Shown here one piece after another: positions 48,531 to 58,047 of a stretch of DNA of 64,000 nt. Origin of the DNA: an uncultured delta proteobacterium (GTDB taxonomy: Bacteria; Myxococcota_A; Polyangia; Polyangiales; Polyangiaceae); NCBI GenBank assembly GCA_963716725.1, contig CAVQUB010000012.1, forward strand, positions 160,001 to 224,000, in the 5' to 3' direction. The notes under the pieces were generated by a model. That model made no database searches. It saw only the letters and a program-made list of their open reading frames with translations, and was not told where the DNA came from. Within the stretch, counting starts at the first letter, position 1. Each line of letters starts with the position of its first letter. The translations under genes and the position numbers were made by a program.

Positions 48531-50936
48531 ATGAAACTTCGAAAAACTGCGTTCGTTGCAACGTGCAGCGCGGCGGCCCTATTCCTTTCGGCTTGCGCTG
48601 GTGATGATGGGACCTCATCCCCCGGCGGAGGCGGCGGCGGCAGCGGCGGTGTGACCGGTGGAGCCGGTGGTGCCGGCGGTAGCGGCGGGGTGACCGGTGG
48701 AGCAGGCGGCGCGGGCGGCAGCGGCGGCAGCGTCGGCGGCAGCGGCGGCAGCGTTGGTGGCAGTGGTGGCACGGGCGCGACGGGCGGCTCGGGCGGCTCG
48801 GGCGGCGGGGACCCCGACAACGACGGCGACGGCTACCCCGAGTCCAAGGACTGCGACGACAGCAACAAGGACGTGAATCCTGGCGCGACCGAGGTCTGCA
48901 ACGGCGTCGACGACAACTGCGACACTCAGATCGACGAGGGCGTGAGCACCACCTACTACGTCGACGGCGACAGCGACGGCTACGGCGTCGACAGCGCCGG
49001 CACCAACAAGACGGCCTGCGCCCTCCCCACCGGCTACGCCGACAAGGCGGGCGACTGCGACGACAAGGAGAGCGCCTCGTTCCCCGGCAACGCCGAAGTC
49101 TGCGACGGCAAGGACAACGACTGCGCCAACGGCATCGACGACGGCGTTTCGAAGAACACCTACTACAAGGACAACGACGGCGACGGCTACGGCGGAGCGA
49201 CCACGCAGCAGGCCTGCACGCCGGCGGACGCCACCTGGGTGCTTCAGGGCGGTGACTGTGACGACGCCGACAAGGCGCGCTTCCCCGGCAACCCCGAGAT
49301 CTGCGACGGCAAGGACAACGACTGCGACAGCAAGACGGCCGAGCCGGGTCAGACCACGTACTACCAGGACAAAGACGGCGACACTTACGGCAACCCGGCA
49401 GTGAAGCAGTCCCTGTGTTCGGCAGCCCCGGCGGGCTACGTGGCCCAGGCCGGCGACTGCAACGACAACGACGCGAAGATCAACCCGCTGGCCATCGAGC
49501 TCTGCGACAACATCGACAACAACTGCATCAACGGCATCGACGAGGGCCCGGTGCAGGTCTGGCCGGACAAGGACGGCGACAAGTACGGCGACTCGAAGGG
49601 AACTTCGAGCTACCTGTGCGCAGTCAAGACCGGCTACGCCGACAACAACAAGGACTGCAACGACGCCAACAAGAACATCAATCCGGGCGCGACGGAGATC
49701 CCGGGCAACGGCATCGACGAGAACTGCGACGGCAGTGATACCCCGGCCGGCACCTTGTGCGGCAAGGACACAGTCGCGGCAACCACCAAACCGTACTACT
49801 ACCCAGGCTCCCTGGGACTTGGTGACGTGACCACCGGCGGTCCGATGGGTGCGAACTTCTACTGGGACGACGTGGAGGTCTCGTCGACCGCGGGTGAGAC
49901 GTTCACCATCATGTACGGCCGTCGCAACACGACGGCATTCACGCCGCGGCTGTACACGTATGGGCCCAACTCGTGCAGCGCAGGTGCGGCCGCCAGCTAC
50001 GCGTACTCGGATGGAAACCCGTCCGGTGCGTCGAAGACCCGGCGAGTCATCACGAACTCCGCGGCCGGCTACTACTACAACGCGCTGACCACCGCGGCGG
50101 CCAGCACCCAGGGCGCTTACCAATACGACGTCCTGCCCGGCAATCTGGGTGGCAGCTGCGGCAATTTGGGTTACACGGTCTGGCCGCTCGGTCGGCGCAC
50201 AGTCGATTCGCTGCTGACCGGCGACAACCCGCCTGCCAGCGGCTCGCCCGTCGGCGCCGGCTACAAGACGGTCGACGTCGAGGCCTACCTCGAGACCGCC
50301 AAGACCTACACCATCTTGCAGGGCGGCTCGACCTACGCGGATCGCTTGTACCTCTCCAAGGCCGGCGCCTGCGCCACCAGCCTCGGGACCGCGACCACGG
50401 GGATCAACAACTTCGGCGCGCGCTTGGTGCACACCACCACCTCGGCGGGCGTCTACACGGTCTGGGCGAGCAGCTTCAGCACGAACCAGACGGGCGCCTT
50501 CTCGGTCAACGTCGTCGAAGGCGACGTCGGCGGCTCCTGCTTCGCTGGAGCGGGTGCGGTCGCTGGCACCGGGGACACCTACGCGCTCTGGCCCCTCGGC
50601 GGGACGGTGTACGGAAGCCTGGCCATCGGCGATCGCGTCGGCGATTGGGGTAGCCAGCGCTACTTCGACGACTACGAGGTCTACATGGAGGCTGGCGAGA
50701 CCATCAAGGCCACCGTGAACACCACCAGCGGTACGAGCACACCGCGCGTCTACGTGACGCGGTACAGCGGCACGGCGGCGTCCTGCACGACGCTGTTGGC
50801 CAACTCGACGCAGACCTCGGGCACCACCGCGACGGTTTCGTACCCGGTCACGACCCCGGGCATCTACGTCATCAGCGCCACCAGCTACCTGAACAACAGC
50901 GGCGCCTTCAGCTACTCGCTCGCCACGAGCTACTGA
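48531..50936 (+). CDS. Gly-tethered lipoprotein with five MopE-like putative metal-binding repeats and three C-terminal PPC-like domains
   Basis: GAGGAG RBS, lipobox LSAC, repeats DCDD.....PG..E.C.G.D.(N/D)C and Y.D.DGDGYG. Confidence 0.88.
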   Translation: MKLRKTAFVATCSAAALFLSACAGDDGTSSPGGGGGGSGGVTGGAGGAGGSGGVTGGAGGAGGSGGSVGGSGGSVGGSGGTGATGGSGGSGGGDPDNDGDGYPESKDCDDSNKDVNPGATEVCNGVDDNCDTQIDEGVSTTYYVDGDSDGYGVDSAGTNKTACALPTGYADKAGDCDDKESASFPGNAEVCDGKDNDCANGIDDGVSKNTYYKDNDGDGYGGATTQQACTPADATWVLQGGDCDDADKARFPGNPEICDGKDNDCDSKTAEPGQTTYYQDKDGDTYGNPAVKQSLCSAAPAGYVAQAGDCNDNDAKINPLAIELCDNIDNNCINGIDEGPVQVWPDKDGDKYGDSKGTSSYLCAVKTGYADNNKDCNDANKNINPGATEIPGNGIDENCDGSDTPAGTLCGKDTVAATTKPYYYPGSLGLGDVTTGGPMGANFYWDDVEVSSTAGETFTIMYGRRNTTAFTPRLYTYGPNSCSAGAAASYAYSDGNPSGASKTRRVITNSAAGYYYNALTTAAASTQGAYQYDVLPGNLGGSCGNLGYTVWPLGRRTVDSLLTGDNPPASGSPVGAGYKTVDVEAYLETAKTYTILQGGSTYADRLYLSKAGACATSLGTATTGINNFGARLVHTTTSAGVYTVWASSFSTNQTGAFSVNVVEGDVGGSCFAGAGAVAGTGDTYALWPLGGTVYGSLAIGDRVGDWGSQRYFDDYEVYMEAGETIKATVNTTSGTSTPRVYVTRYSGTAASCTTLLANSTQTSGTTATVSYPVTTPGIYVISATSYLNNSGAFSYSLATSY

Positions 50937-50937
50937 T

Positions 50938-51020
50938 CGCACCCCTCTGAGCAGAGCCCGACCTGGTCGGGCAGCGCGAGCCTCGGGATCCCCCGGGGCT
51001 CGCGTCATTTGAGGGTGCGG
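50938..51020 (+). terminator. Multi-hairpin structure after the MopE-repeat gene
   Basis: Outer stem cgcaccc/gggtgcg enclosing hairpins gcccgac-gtcgggc and gcgagcc..ggctcgc; no clear U-tract. Confidence 0.45.
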
Positions 51021-51058
51021 GTGGGCGCGCTCGGAGCACGGCTCTAGACTCGCCCGTC

Positions 51059-54000
51059 ATGCCGGCGCGCCCGTCCGACGCCACCCTCCTGACCGCCGGC
51101 CCGACCGTCGCCGAGTCGGGTGCGCGCTCCGGAGCGCAGCCGGACGAGCGTCTGTTCGCGGACGGCGACCGCATCGTCGGCCGCTATCGGGTCGAGGGGC
51201 TGCTCGGCCAGGGCGGCATGGGGCAGGTCTATCAGGTGGTCGACGAGCACGCCGACGGCCGCACGCTCGCGCTCAAGCTCGCCCACCTGTCGGCGGGGGG
51301 CTCCCGCGCCATCGAGATCCTCAAGGGCGAGTTTGCGCTGCTCGCGTCGCTGGTGCACCCCAATCTGGCCGAGGTCCGCGACTTTGGTCACGTGCGCTCC
51401 GACGTTGCGTACTTCACGCAGCGCTTGGTGTCGGGTGTACCTCTCAGCCAGACCGGGCTTCGTCCCGATGACCCCGACGCGGTTCCGATCTGGGCGCAGC
51501 TCTGCCGCGCCCTGGAGTACCTTCACGGCAAGGGCATCCTGCACCGCGACATCAAGCCGTCGAACATCTTGGTCGACCTCGACGCGCGGCACCTGACGCT
51601 GCTCGACTTCGGCGTGTCCCGTGTGCTCGGGTCACGCGAGGACCGCCTCTTGGTCGGCACCTTCGCGTACATGCCCCCGGAGGCCATCGCGGGGGGCCCG
51701 GTCGACGCGCGCTCCGACCTGTATTCGCTCGGAATCACTCTGTACCGCCAGCTCACCGGTCGCGTGCCCTTCGAGGGCACGCACTCTCAGGTGCTCGCCG
51801 CGCACATGGGGCAGGCGCCGGCTCTGCCACGGGGCGAGACCGGCAAGCCCGAGGTCGCCGCCGTGGTCGAGCGTCTGCTCGACAAGGAACCCGGCGCTCG
51901 CTACGCCAGCGCGGCTGAGGTGGCCCACGCCTTGGCGCGGGCCAACGGGGTGGCGCTCGACGCCGAACCCGCTGCGTCGCTGGCGGGCTACGTGCTCTCT
52001 GGCCGCTTCGTTGGCCACGAGGCGCTGCACGCGCGCCTGCTCGAGCTCGGTCTCGCCGTGGAGCCCGGCGCTGCCGCGGTCGTGCTCGTCGGCGAAGCTG
52101 GCAGCGGAAAATCGAGGCTCTTGCGGGAGATCCGCCAGCTGGTTCAGCTCGCGTGGCGCACCTTCGTCGAAGTCGAGGTGCGACGCACCTGGCTCGCGAG
52201 GGGCGTGCTGGTCGCCATATCGCGCGCCGTGATCGACGACGACGTGGCGCAGCGGCTCGACGACGACGACCGCCGGGAGCTCGCCCGGGCGCTTCCCGAG
52301 CTGCGACGACGTGGCGAGCGGCTGACGGTCGCGCTGGATCCGGAGCGCGCGCGGCAGGCGCGTGTCGAGGCGCTTGGACGTGCCATCACCTTGCGCTTCG
52401 ATCGCGCGCCAGGGATGCTGGTCGTCGAAGATCTGCAGTGGGCCGATCAGAGGTCGGTGAGCATGATCGTCCAGGTCGTGGGCGTCGCAAAGCGCTGCGG
52501 CGCGCGTTGTTCCTTCGTTCTCGGGACACGCCCAGGGAGCGCGGCCGACGAGCTGGCCAGTTCCCTCGGGGCCGAAGTGCTCGGTTGCAACGCGCTCACG
52601 CCCATCGAGAGTGCCAAGCTCATCGACAGCATGTTCGGGAGTACGGATTTGCTTTCGGGGACCGAGCTCGGCAACAGCATCGCGCGCGCGCCACACAGCG
52701 CTCAGGAGGTTCAGGAGTCGCTGCGCCTCGCCCTCGATACCGGCGCCATCGTTCGGCGCGACGGGGCCTGGCGGGTCGCGCGCCCGATCCCCGCGTTGCC
52801 TCTCGGCGAAGTGCTGGCTCAGCGCGTCGGAGGTCTGGACCTGGACTGTCGCGCGATCGCCCTCGCCGTGGCGCTGTTAGGTGGCGAGTCGGTGTCGACG
52901 AGCGCCGCCGCGGTGGCCGCACTCGTGCCAGAGGTCGCGGGAGCGGCCCTGCGCCGCCTGGTGAAAGCCGGCGTCCTCGACGAACGCCACGATCGGCAGG
53001 GGCGCGCGGCGTATGCCATGCACGATCGCTTCCGCGACGTGGTGCTGGGCGGGTCCGATGCGTCGGACGTTGCGCGCTCGAATCGCGCGGCCGGGCACTG
53101 GCTGCGATCCATGGCAGCGGGGGACCATCGCGTCTTGCTCGGGGCGGCGGACCACTTTGCGATGGCCGGGAGCCCGAAGCTCGCCGCGCGCGTGGCCGAA
53201 GAGGCCGCGAGGGCCGCCGAGAAGAGCGGCCGGCCCGATCAGGCCGCGACCGCCGTCGCGCAGGCGATCGAGTGGCTCGCCGGCATCGGCGAGGTGCCCG
53301 CATCGGCCTGGCTTCGGCGCTTTGACCTGTGTTTGATCGCGGGTCTTCGCGATGGCACCGAAGAAGCGCTGGCGCGCCTCGAAGCCCGGCTCGCCTCACT
53401 TTCGCCTGCAGAGCGTGTAGCGACTCGCGTGCGTCGCGCGCGCCTCTCCCTCGACCGCGGGCACGCCGCGATGGCGCGTAGCGAGGCAGACCAGGTGCTG
53501 GCGGAGGCGACGGCTCTCGGGGACTCGCGCCTGCTCTCCGAGCTGACCTGGGTGCTCGGCCGCGCTGACGAGGTCTACGGCGATCTCGAGCGCGCCACGC
53601 ACTCATTCGAGGCAGCCGCGGGTCACGGCGAGAAGGCGGGCGACGCACGGCTGGAGGCGCGGGCCTGGCTCGGTGCGTCCCTGTCGGCGATCTTCCTCGG
53701 TCGTGCGGGGCAGGCTGGCGGGTACGCCGAACGCGCCCTGCGGGCCGCGCGGGCGGCGCGCGATCCCGTCGCGATGAGCGAGTCGCTACGTTGTCTCGGG
53801 AACTCGGCGCGTGAGGTCGGCCACATCCCCCGGGCGCTCGCGGTCTACCGGCGGGCGGTCCGCGCGGCTCGCGCCGGTGGCAGCCCCGAGAGCGAGGCCA
53901 AGGCGCTCAACAACCTCGGGACCGTCTGCCATTGGGCGGGGCACATTTCCGAAGCGGTCGCGGCTCTCGAGCGCGCCCTCGTCTTGAAGGAGCGCCTGGG

Positions 54001-54739
54001 ACTGAGCGCGTCGGTGATGCTCACGCGCAACAACCTCGGCAGCATCTACCTGTCGCTGGGTCGACTGGACGAAGCGCAGCGTGAACTGTCGGCGGTGATG
54101 ACCTGGGCGGGCAGCATGGAGCCGATGGTCGTGGCGCTGGCGCACTCCAATTCGGCGGATCTTCACGTGCTGCGCGGCGAACTCGACACCGCGGTGGAGC
54201 TGTATCGCACGGCGCACCGGACCAATCAGCAGCGCTCGAACGCCATGGCGGACTCGCATGCGCTGCCGGGTCTCGTGCGCGCCCTCGTGATGCGCGACGC
54301 TCCCGGAGACCGGGCCGAGGCGGAGCTCCTCCAGCCGCGCCTGGAGGCCCTTCACGCCACCAGCGATCTGGCCGAGACCCGCACGCGCTATCTCACGGCG
54401 TCGGCGATGCTGCTCGACCGGCTCGGTCGACCCGAACCCGCTCTCGAGCTGGTGCGCGGCGCCCTCGACGTCGGCGAGGATCGCCGACAGCGCTTCTCCG
54501 AGCCCTTTGGCACCGCGCTCGAGGCCCAGTGGATGGAGGCCATCTTGCTGGGGCGGCTGGGGCGCAGCGTCGCCGCCAGGCGCGCGGCGCTTCTCGCCAG
54601 GCGAGAGCTGATCAAGACATCGAAGCTCGTCGGTGACCACCCGGCAGTGCAGATCTTCTTCGACAACAACCCGCTGCATCGCGCGATCTTGGCGAGGCAG
54701 CTCGAGACCCGGCCCGGATACACTTGGGATCCATCTTGA
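51059..54739 (+). CDS. Hanks Ser/Thr kinase - STAND/AAA ATPase - TPR protein
   Basis: LGQGGMGQVY, HRDIKPSN, DFG, MPPE; Walker A GEAGSGKS; Walker B VVEDLQWAD; C-terminal TPRs (ALNNLG, RNNLGSIY). Confidence 0.93.
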   Translation: MPARPSDATLLTAGPTVAESGARSGAQPDERLFADGDRIVGRYRVEGLLGQGGMGQVYQVVDEHADGRTLALKLAHLSAGGSRAIEILKGEFALLASLVHPNLAEVRDFGHVRSDVAYFTQRLVSGVPLSQTGLRPDDPDAVPIWAQLCRALEYLHGKGILHRDIKPSNILVDLDARHLTLLDFGVSRVLGSREDRLLVGTFAYMPPEAIAGGPVDARSDLYSLGITLYRQLTGRVPFEGTHSQVLAAHMGQAPALPRGETGKPEVAAVVERLLDKEPGARYASAAEVAHALARANGVALDAEPAASLAGYVLSGRFVGHEALHARLLELGLAVEPGAAAVVLVGEAGSGKSRLLREIRQLVQLAWRTFVEVEVRRTWLARGVLVAISRAVIDDDVAQRLDDDDRRELARALPELRRRGERLTVALDPERARQARVEALGRAITLRFDRAPGMLVVEDLQWADQRSVSMIVQVVGVAKRCGARCSFVLGTRPGSAADELASSLGAEVLGCNALTPIESAKLIDSMFGSTDLLSGTELGNSIARAPHSAQEVQESLRLALDTGAIVRRDGAWRVARPIPALPLGEVLAQRVGGLDLDCRAIALAVALLGGESVSTSAAAVAALVPEVAGAALRRLVKAGVLDERHDRQGRAAYAMHDRFRDVVLGGSDASDVARSNRAAGHWLRSMAAGDHRVLLGAADHFAMAGSPKLAARVAEEAARAAEKSGRPDQAATAVAQAIEWLAGIGEVPASAWLRRFDLCLIAGLRDGTEEALARLEARLASLSPAERVATRVRRARLSLDRGHAAMARSEADQVLAEATALGDSRLLSELTWVLGRADEVYGDLERATHSFEAAAGHGEKAGDARLEARAWLGASLSAIFLGRAGQAGGYAERALRAARAARDPVAMSESLRCLGNSAREVGHIPRALAVYRRAVRAARAGGSPESEAKALNNLGTVCHWAGHISEAVAALERALVLKERLGLSASVMLTRNNLGSIYLSLGRLDEAQRELSAVMTWAGSMEPMVVALAHSNSADLHVLRGELDTAVELYRTAHRTNQQRSNAMADSHALPGLVRALVMRDAPGDRAEAELLQPRLEALHATSDLAETRTRYLTASAMLLDRLGRPEPALELVRGALDVGEDRRQRFSEPFGTALEAQWMEAILLGRLGRSVAARRAALLARRELIKTSKLVGDHPAVQIFFDNNPLHRAILARQLETRPGYTWDPS

Positions 54740-54940
54740 TAGATCGGAAGTCGGTCACGACCTGACGCGCGATGGCCCAGGCCTCGTCGTTCCCGCAGTG
54801 CCCGACGCCTCAGCGGTCGCCCGCCAGTCCCGATGAGCCTGGGCAGCGGGTCGCCGGGCGACGGTTGGCTCGGGCGTTCGCCGCCCAGGTTGCCATGATC
54901 GCCCTTTGGCCTTGATGGGCCAACCCAGTCGACCTATCGA

Positions 54941-55543
54941 ATGAGCATGAGCGACGAGAAGACCGAGCAGCCGAGCGCCACCGAAGATCGACCCAGCCTC
55001 GTGGAAGAGGTCGACCCCGAGCCCTTCTCGACCCCTGAACCAAAGCTCGATTCCCGATCGCACCACCCGCCGCCGCCGCCGCGGCTGCGCAGCTCCGAGG
55101 CTCGCCCACTGCAGGTCACCGGCGAACCCAAGGTCGCGCGGGACTTGATGACGCGTCAGCTCTTTACCATCGAACCGGACGCCGTCATTGGATCGCTCGA
55201 AGAGCAAATGGCGGCGCTGCGCTTCCGTCACTTGCCGGTGGTGGACGGAGCGAAGGTCGTCGGCATGATCAGCCACAGTGACCTCTTGCACGCGTCCTCG
55301 AGCCACCTCACCAGCTTTGCCAAAGAGGTCGACGAGCTCGTGCACAAAATGCCAGCCAAGCGCATCATGCGCGACGACTTCGTGACCGTTCGGCCGGACG
55401 CCGCCCTGGCCGACGTCGCTGCCCAGATGTGGAAGGCACGCGCCGGTTGCGTGCTGGTGACCGAAGCGAGCGGTGAGCTCGTCGGAATCATCACCGAGGC
55501 GGACTTCTTGCGACTTGCGCATCATTTCTTGAGCAAGGCCTGA
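54941..55543 (+). CDS. CBS-pair protein
   Basis: RHLPVVDG..VVGMISHSDL; LVGIITEADF. Confidence 0.9.
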   Translation: MSMSDEKTEQPSATEDRPSLVEEVDPEPFSTPEPKLDSRSHHPPPPPRLRSSEARPLQVTGEPKVARDLMTRQLFTIEPDAVIGSLEEQMAALRFRHLPVVDGAKVVGMISHSDLLHASSSHLTSFAKEVDELVHKMPAKRIMRDDFVTVRPDAALADVAAQMWKARAGCVLVTEASGELVGIITEADFLRLAHHFLSKA

Positions 55544-55599
55544 GCGCACGACCGCCGGGCCACTGCAAGACGAGGTCCTTGCAGCGGGCCATCGTCCCT

Positions 55600-56916
55600 T
55601 CACGCGCTGGGTTTTGGAAGAACGGCGAGCGTCAGCAAGCGTGTCAGCGCCGAGATCATCGGCTCGACGTCCGCCGCGGCGGCCATTTCGCGGCACGAGT
55701 GCATGCTCAACATCGGGTTGCCGACGTCTACCGTGCGGATCCCCATTTGCGCGGCGGAAATCGGCCCGATCGTGCTGCCACAGGGCATGTCGTTCCGGGA
55801 GACGAAACGTTGGGGGGTGGTTCCGGCTTGGCGGCACGCGAGCTCGAACACCGCCGCGCTCGGCGCGTCTGTCGCGTAGGACTGGTTGGCGTTGAGCTTG
55901 ATCACCGGACCCTTGCCCAGCTTCGGCGCGTGTTGCTTGTCGTGCTTGTCGGCGTAGTTCGGGTGGACGGCGTGGGCCATATCGGCGCTCACCATCAGCG
56001 AGCGGGCGAAGGCTCGGCTCGTCGCGTCGCGCCCCGCGTCACGATAGGCGCCCGCGACCCGATCGAGCACGCTGGAAAGGAATCGAGATTTCGCGCCGGC
56101 CGCGCTCTGGCTCCCGACCTCTTCGTGATCGTACAGGGCCACTACGCGGGTGGCGGCAGCGGTCGACCCAGCGGCGAGCAACGCGGTGAGGGCTGCGTGG
56201 CACGAGGCGAGGTTGTCGAGGCGCGGAGCGAAGATGAACTCCGAACTCTCTCCACCGAGACAGGCTGGCGTTACGTCGTAGAGACAGAGATCGAAGGAGA
56301 CGATCTCCGAGCTCTCGACCGAGAGGGCCTCCGAGAGCAGCGCGGGTAGCCCGCGGCGATGGCCTTCATCGCTCTTTCCGAGCCCGAGCAGCGGCATCAA
56401 GTGGGTTTGCGCGTTGAGCTGTGGCCCGGCGGTGTTGACCTCGCGATTCAGGTGAATGGCGAGGTTGGGGATGCGGCACAGCGCGCCATCGAGGCGCACG
56501 AGTCGCGACTGCCCGCTGGCGAGGGTGACGCGCCCGGCGATGGAGAGGTCGCGATCCAGCCAAGTATGCCAGATCACTCCGCCGTAGACCTCGATGCCCA
56601 GCTGCCGATATCCGTTGGCGGAGACCTCGGCCAGCGGCTTGATTCGAAGGTTGGGGGAGTCGGTGTGCGCGCCGACCAGGACGAAACCGGACTCGGAGGG
56701 AGGTTCGCCGCCCGCCACGAACGCCACCACGGTGCCGCCGCCGCGCACCACGAAGCGGCGACAGCCGGGGGTGAGCTGCCACGCATCGCGCTCGTCGAGC
56801 TCCCCAAAGCCGGCTGCCACGAGGCGTCGCGTGACCTCTGCAACAGCGTGATAGGGCGTGGGACTGGCGTCGATGAACGCCAGCAGATCTCGGACGTGGT
56901 CGGCGGGTTCCACCAT
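55600..56916 (-). CDS. M18 family aspartyl aminopeptidase
   Basis: SPTPYHAV, AHTDSP, RLDNL, DHEEVGS, DMAHAVHPN, CGSTIGP, SMHSCRE. Confidence 0.95.
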   Translation of the reverse strand: MVEPADHVRDLLAFIDASPTPYHAVAEVTRRLVAAGFGELDERDAWQLTPGCRRFVVRGGGTVVAFVAGGEPPSESGFVLVGAHTDSPNLRIKPLAEVSANGYRQLGIEVYGGVIWHTWLDRDLSIAGRVTLASGQSRLVRLDGALCRIPNLAIHLNREVNTAGPQLNAQTHLMPLLGLGKSDEGHRRGLPALLSEALSVESSEIVSFDLCLYDVTPACLGGESSEFIFAPRLDNLASCHAALTALLAAGSTAAATRVVALYDHEEVGSQSAAGAKSRFLSSVLDRVAGAYRDAGRDATSRAFARSLMVSADMAHAVHPNYADKHDKQHAPKLGKGPVIKLNANQSYATDAPSAAVFELACRQAGTTPQRFVSRNDMPCGSTIGPISAAQMGIRTVDVGNPMLSMHSCREMAAAADVEPMISALTRLLTLAVLPKPSA

Positions 56917-56967
56917 CGCGCGACTATACAGCCAAATCCCTGGGTGGCCCGGGTATACTCCCGGGCC

Positions 56968-58047
56968 GTGCTCTCGCGAGATGTTCGCTTGGAAGGCTTC
57001 ACGACCGACGACTGGGTGCGTCTCGCCGAGGTGTTTCGCTCTCCGCGTTCGGACGCTGACGGATCCGAACCCGCGGAGCGCGGCGGAGCGCCGGCCACGA
57101 GCGCCGAGGCTGCTCACGCGCGAGCGACCGCAGGGGGTCGGCGGCGCGGAGGCGTCATCGCGGTCACCGCGGATGGCAGGTTGAAGAAGCTCGTGGGGAC
57201 CGAGTTGGGGCGGCTCGACTTGAGCGCCGAGCCATGGCCTGAAGCGCTCGACCTGTTGGCGGAGCGCTACGGGTGTCGCTGGGCTGTTCAAATCGAACGC
57301 GGCGCCCTCGACGACCTGATGGAGCGCTACGCAGCGCGGCTGTGCCGCGATCACGACGCGCTTGGGCAGATCATCTTGTTCCTCTCCGTGCTGCGGGAGC
57401 TGGAAATCGAAGGCAAGCTCGAGCTATGGCCTTGGAAGGTGAACGCCTGGCCGATGCCCCATGAAGGCGTGGTCCTGCGTGCCTTCGATGCCCTGTGCCC
57501 AGACGGCAAGTCCATCGTGCTGGGCGTATTTCGGGAGGGCGAGTTGCACACCGCCGTGGTCGTGCGTCGGAAGGGTGCGGGCTTTGACCTGATCCTGGGT
57601 CCCGACCGACTTCGCTCCGCGATGGGGCTGGTCGCGGGGGACTTCCGGCGAGACTACCGCCACCTCTCGCGGGCCGCTGAACAAGCCGCAGGGCCCCTCG
57701 CGCTCGGGTGTTTCGGCGAGCTCGATACCCTGCGCGCGCTGCTCAATCGCCCGGTCCCCGGGGCTTGGGCGGCGGCGGTCGCTGCACGCGACGTGGTCCT
57801 GTCGCCGGCGGTGCCCGCCGTCGCGATTCCTCTCGGGATCGACGCCGGCCGCGCCGCCGTCGTCGCCGTCCGCGATTTCGCCGAGCGCATGGGCGCGAGC
57901 TCGTGGCTTGCCGCCGATGGCCCCCTCGGTCCAACGCTTTCGCGCGTGCGCGAGATGGCCTCCACGCCCAGGGATATCCGGCAACTGCTCGGCTTCGATC
58001 CCATGCAGCTGATCCGCCGGCTCTTGTCCCGCAGTGGGGACGACTGA
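56968..58047 (+). CDS. Conserved hypothetical protein
   Basis: GTG start (VLSRDVRLEGFTTDDW) divergent from M18; overlaps the kinase start. Confidence 0.75.
   Translation: MLSRDVRLEGFTTDDWVRLAEVFRSPRSDADGSEPAERGGAPATSAEAAHARATAGGRRRGGVIAVTADGRLKKLVGTELGRLDLSAEPWPEALDLLAERYGCRWAVQIERGALDDLMERYAARLCRDHDALGQIILFLSVLRELEIEGKLELWPWKVNAWPMPHEGVVLRAFDALCPDGKSIVLGVFREGELHTAVVVRRKGAGFDLILGPDRLRSAMGLVAGDFRRDYRHLSRAAEQAAGPLALGCFGELDTLRALLNRPVPGAWAAAVAARDVVLSPAVPAVAIPLGIDAGRAAVVAVRDFAERMGASSWLAADGPLGPTLSRVREMASTPRDIRQLLGFDPMQLIRRLLSRSGDD

Noticed and set aside
48615..51008. 797-aa antisense ORF, and similar long shadows (21599-23554, 38440-40389, 35273-36991, 15887-16990)
   Set aside because: Antisense or alternate-frame shadows of motif-bearing genes, expected in high-GC DNA; they lack recognisable motifs.
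54740..54900. Possible minus-strand gene remnant (..GHCGNDEAWAIARQVVTDF..)
   Set aside because: Too short, interrupted by a stop, and no recognisable homology.
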